A stretch of DNA of 32,000 bases from Pseudomonas aeruginosa (GTDB lineage: Bacteria; Pseudomonadota; Gammaproteobacteria; Pseudomonadales; Pseudomonadaceae), in the NCBI RefSeq assembly GCF_001457615.1, contig NZ_LN831024.1, positions 4,380,001-4,412,000 of the forward strand. The letters run 5' to 3'. The notes under the pieces are model-generated. The model searched no databases, was not told the DNA's origin, and was given only the letters and a program-made list of their open reading frames with translations. Below, piece by piece: positions 31,898 through 32,000 of this stretch (the first letter of the stretch is position 1; each line of letters starts with the position of its first letter). The position numbers were made by a program, and so were the translations under genes.

Positions 31898-32000
31898 TCA
31901 GACCTTGCCGCGGATCGCATCGAGGTATTCCAGCACATGAACCAGGCCCTGCACCTGTCCCATCAGTGCCAGCGGCTCGCCCGCCAGGTGATGGTTGGGA
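31898..32000 (-). CDS. C-terminal end of an Xre/MbcA/ParS-type antitoxin, truncated at the window edge
   Basis: Minus strand reads ...PNHHLAGEPLALMGQVQGLVHVLEYLDAIRGKV*, fitting the ParS/toxin-binding domain pattern (N..L.G..Pl.lm....G...V...L..i..G). Adjacent to the RES gene. Confidence 0.72.
   Translation of the reverse strand, partial: PNHHLAGEPLALMGQVQGLVHVLEYLDAIRGKV

Overview
The window looks like a conserved, mostly housekeeping segment of a Pseudomonas aeruginosa-type chromosome. No tRNA/rRNA genes, CRISPR array, prophage or transposon could be supported. Main contents: (i) the 3' part of an EamA/DMT transporter ORF; (ii) a complete Mrp/Sha multisubunit Na+/H+ antiporter operon, G to fused A/B, on the minus strand; (iii) a glycine-zipper lipoprotein; (iv) a glycerate kinase / GntP-family permease / CdaR-family regulator group; (v) pdxH; (vi) two OmpA-family proteins; (vii) a serine beta-lactamase/esterase-like protein and a large agarase-like putative glycoside hydrolase; (viii) a DinG-type helicase; (ix) a secreted Gly-rich, collagen-like protein coupled to a DUF1145 membrane protein; (x) two SEC-C motif proteins, one His-rich; (xi) a TRIC-like channel, a GST and the acyl-homoserine-lactone acylase quiP; (xii) rmuC; (xiii) a RES-domain toxin whose Xre/ParS-type antitoxin runs off the window end. 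The most notable sequence-level signal is that three genes (DMT transporter, mnhA/B fusion, SRFEIAF-family protein) are each split by an apparent single missing base. All three have the same polarity, which suggests homopolymer under-calls, or less likely real mutations. I did not find a convincing brand-new system. The best leads are the RES/Xre module, the coupled collagen-like secreted protein, the agarase-like enzyme, and a DnaA-box-containing palindrome in a long AT-richer intergenic gap.
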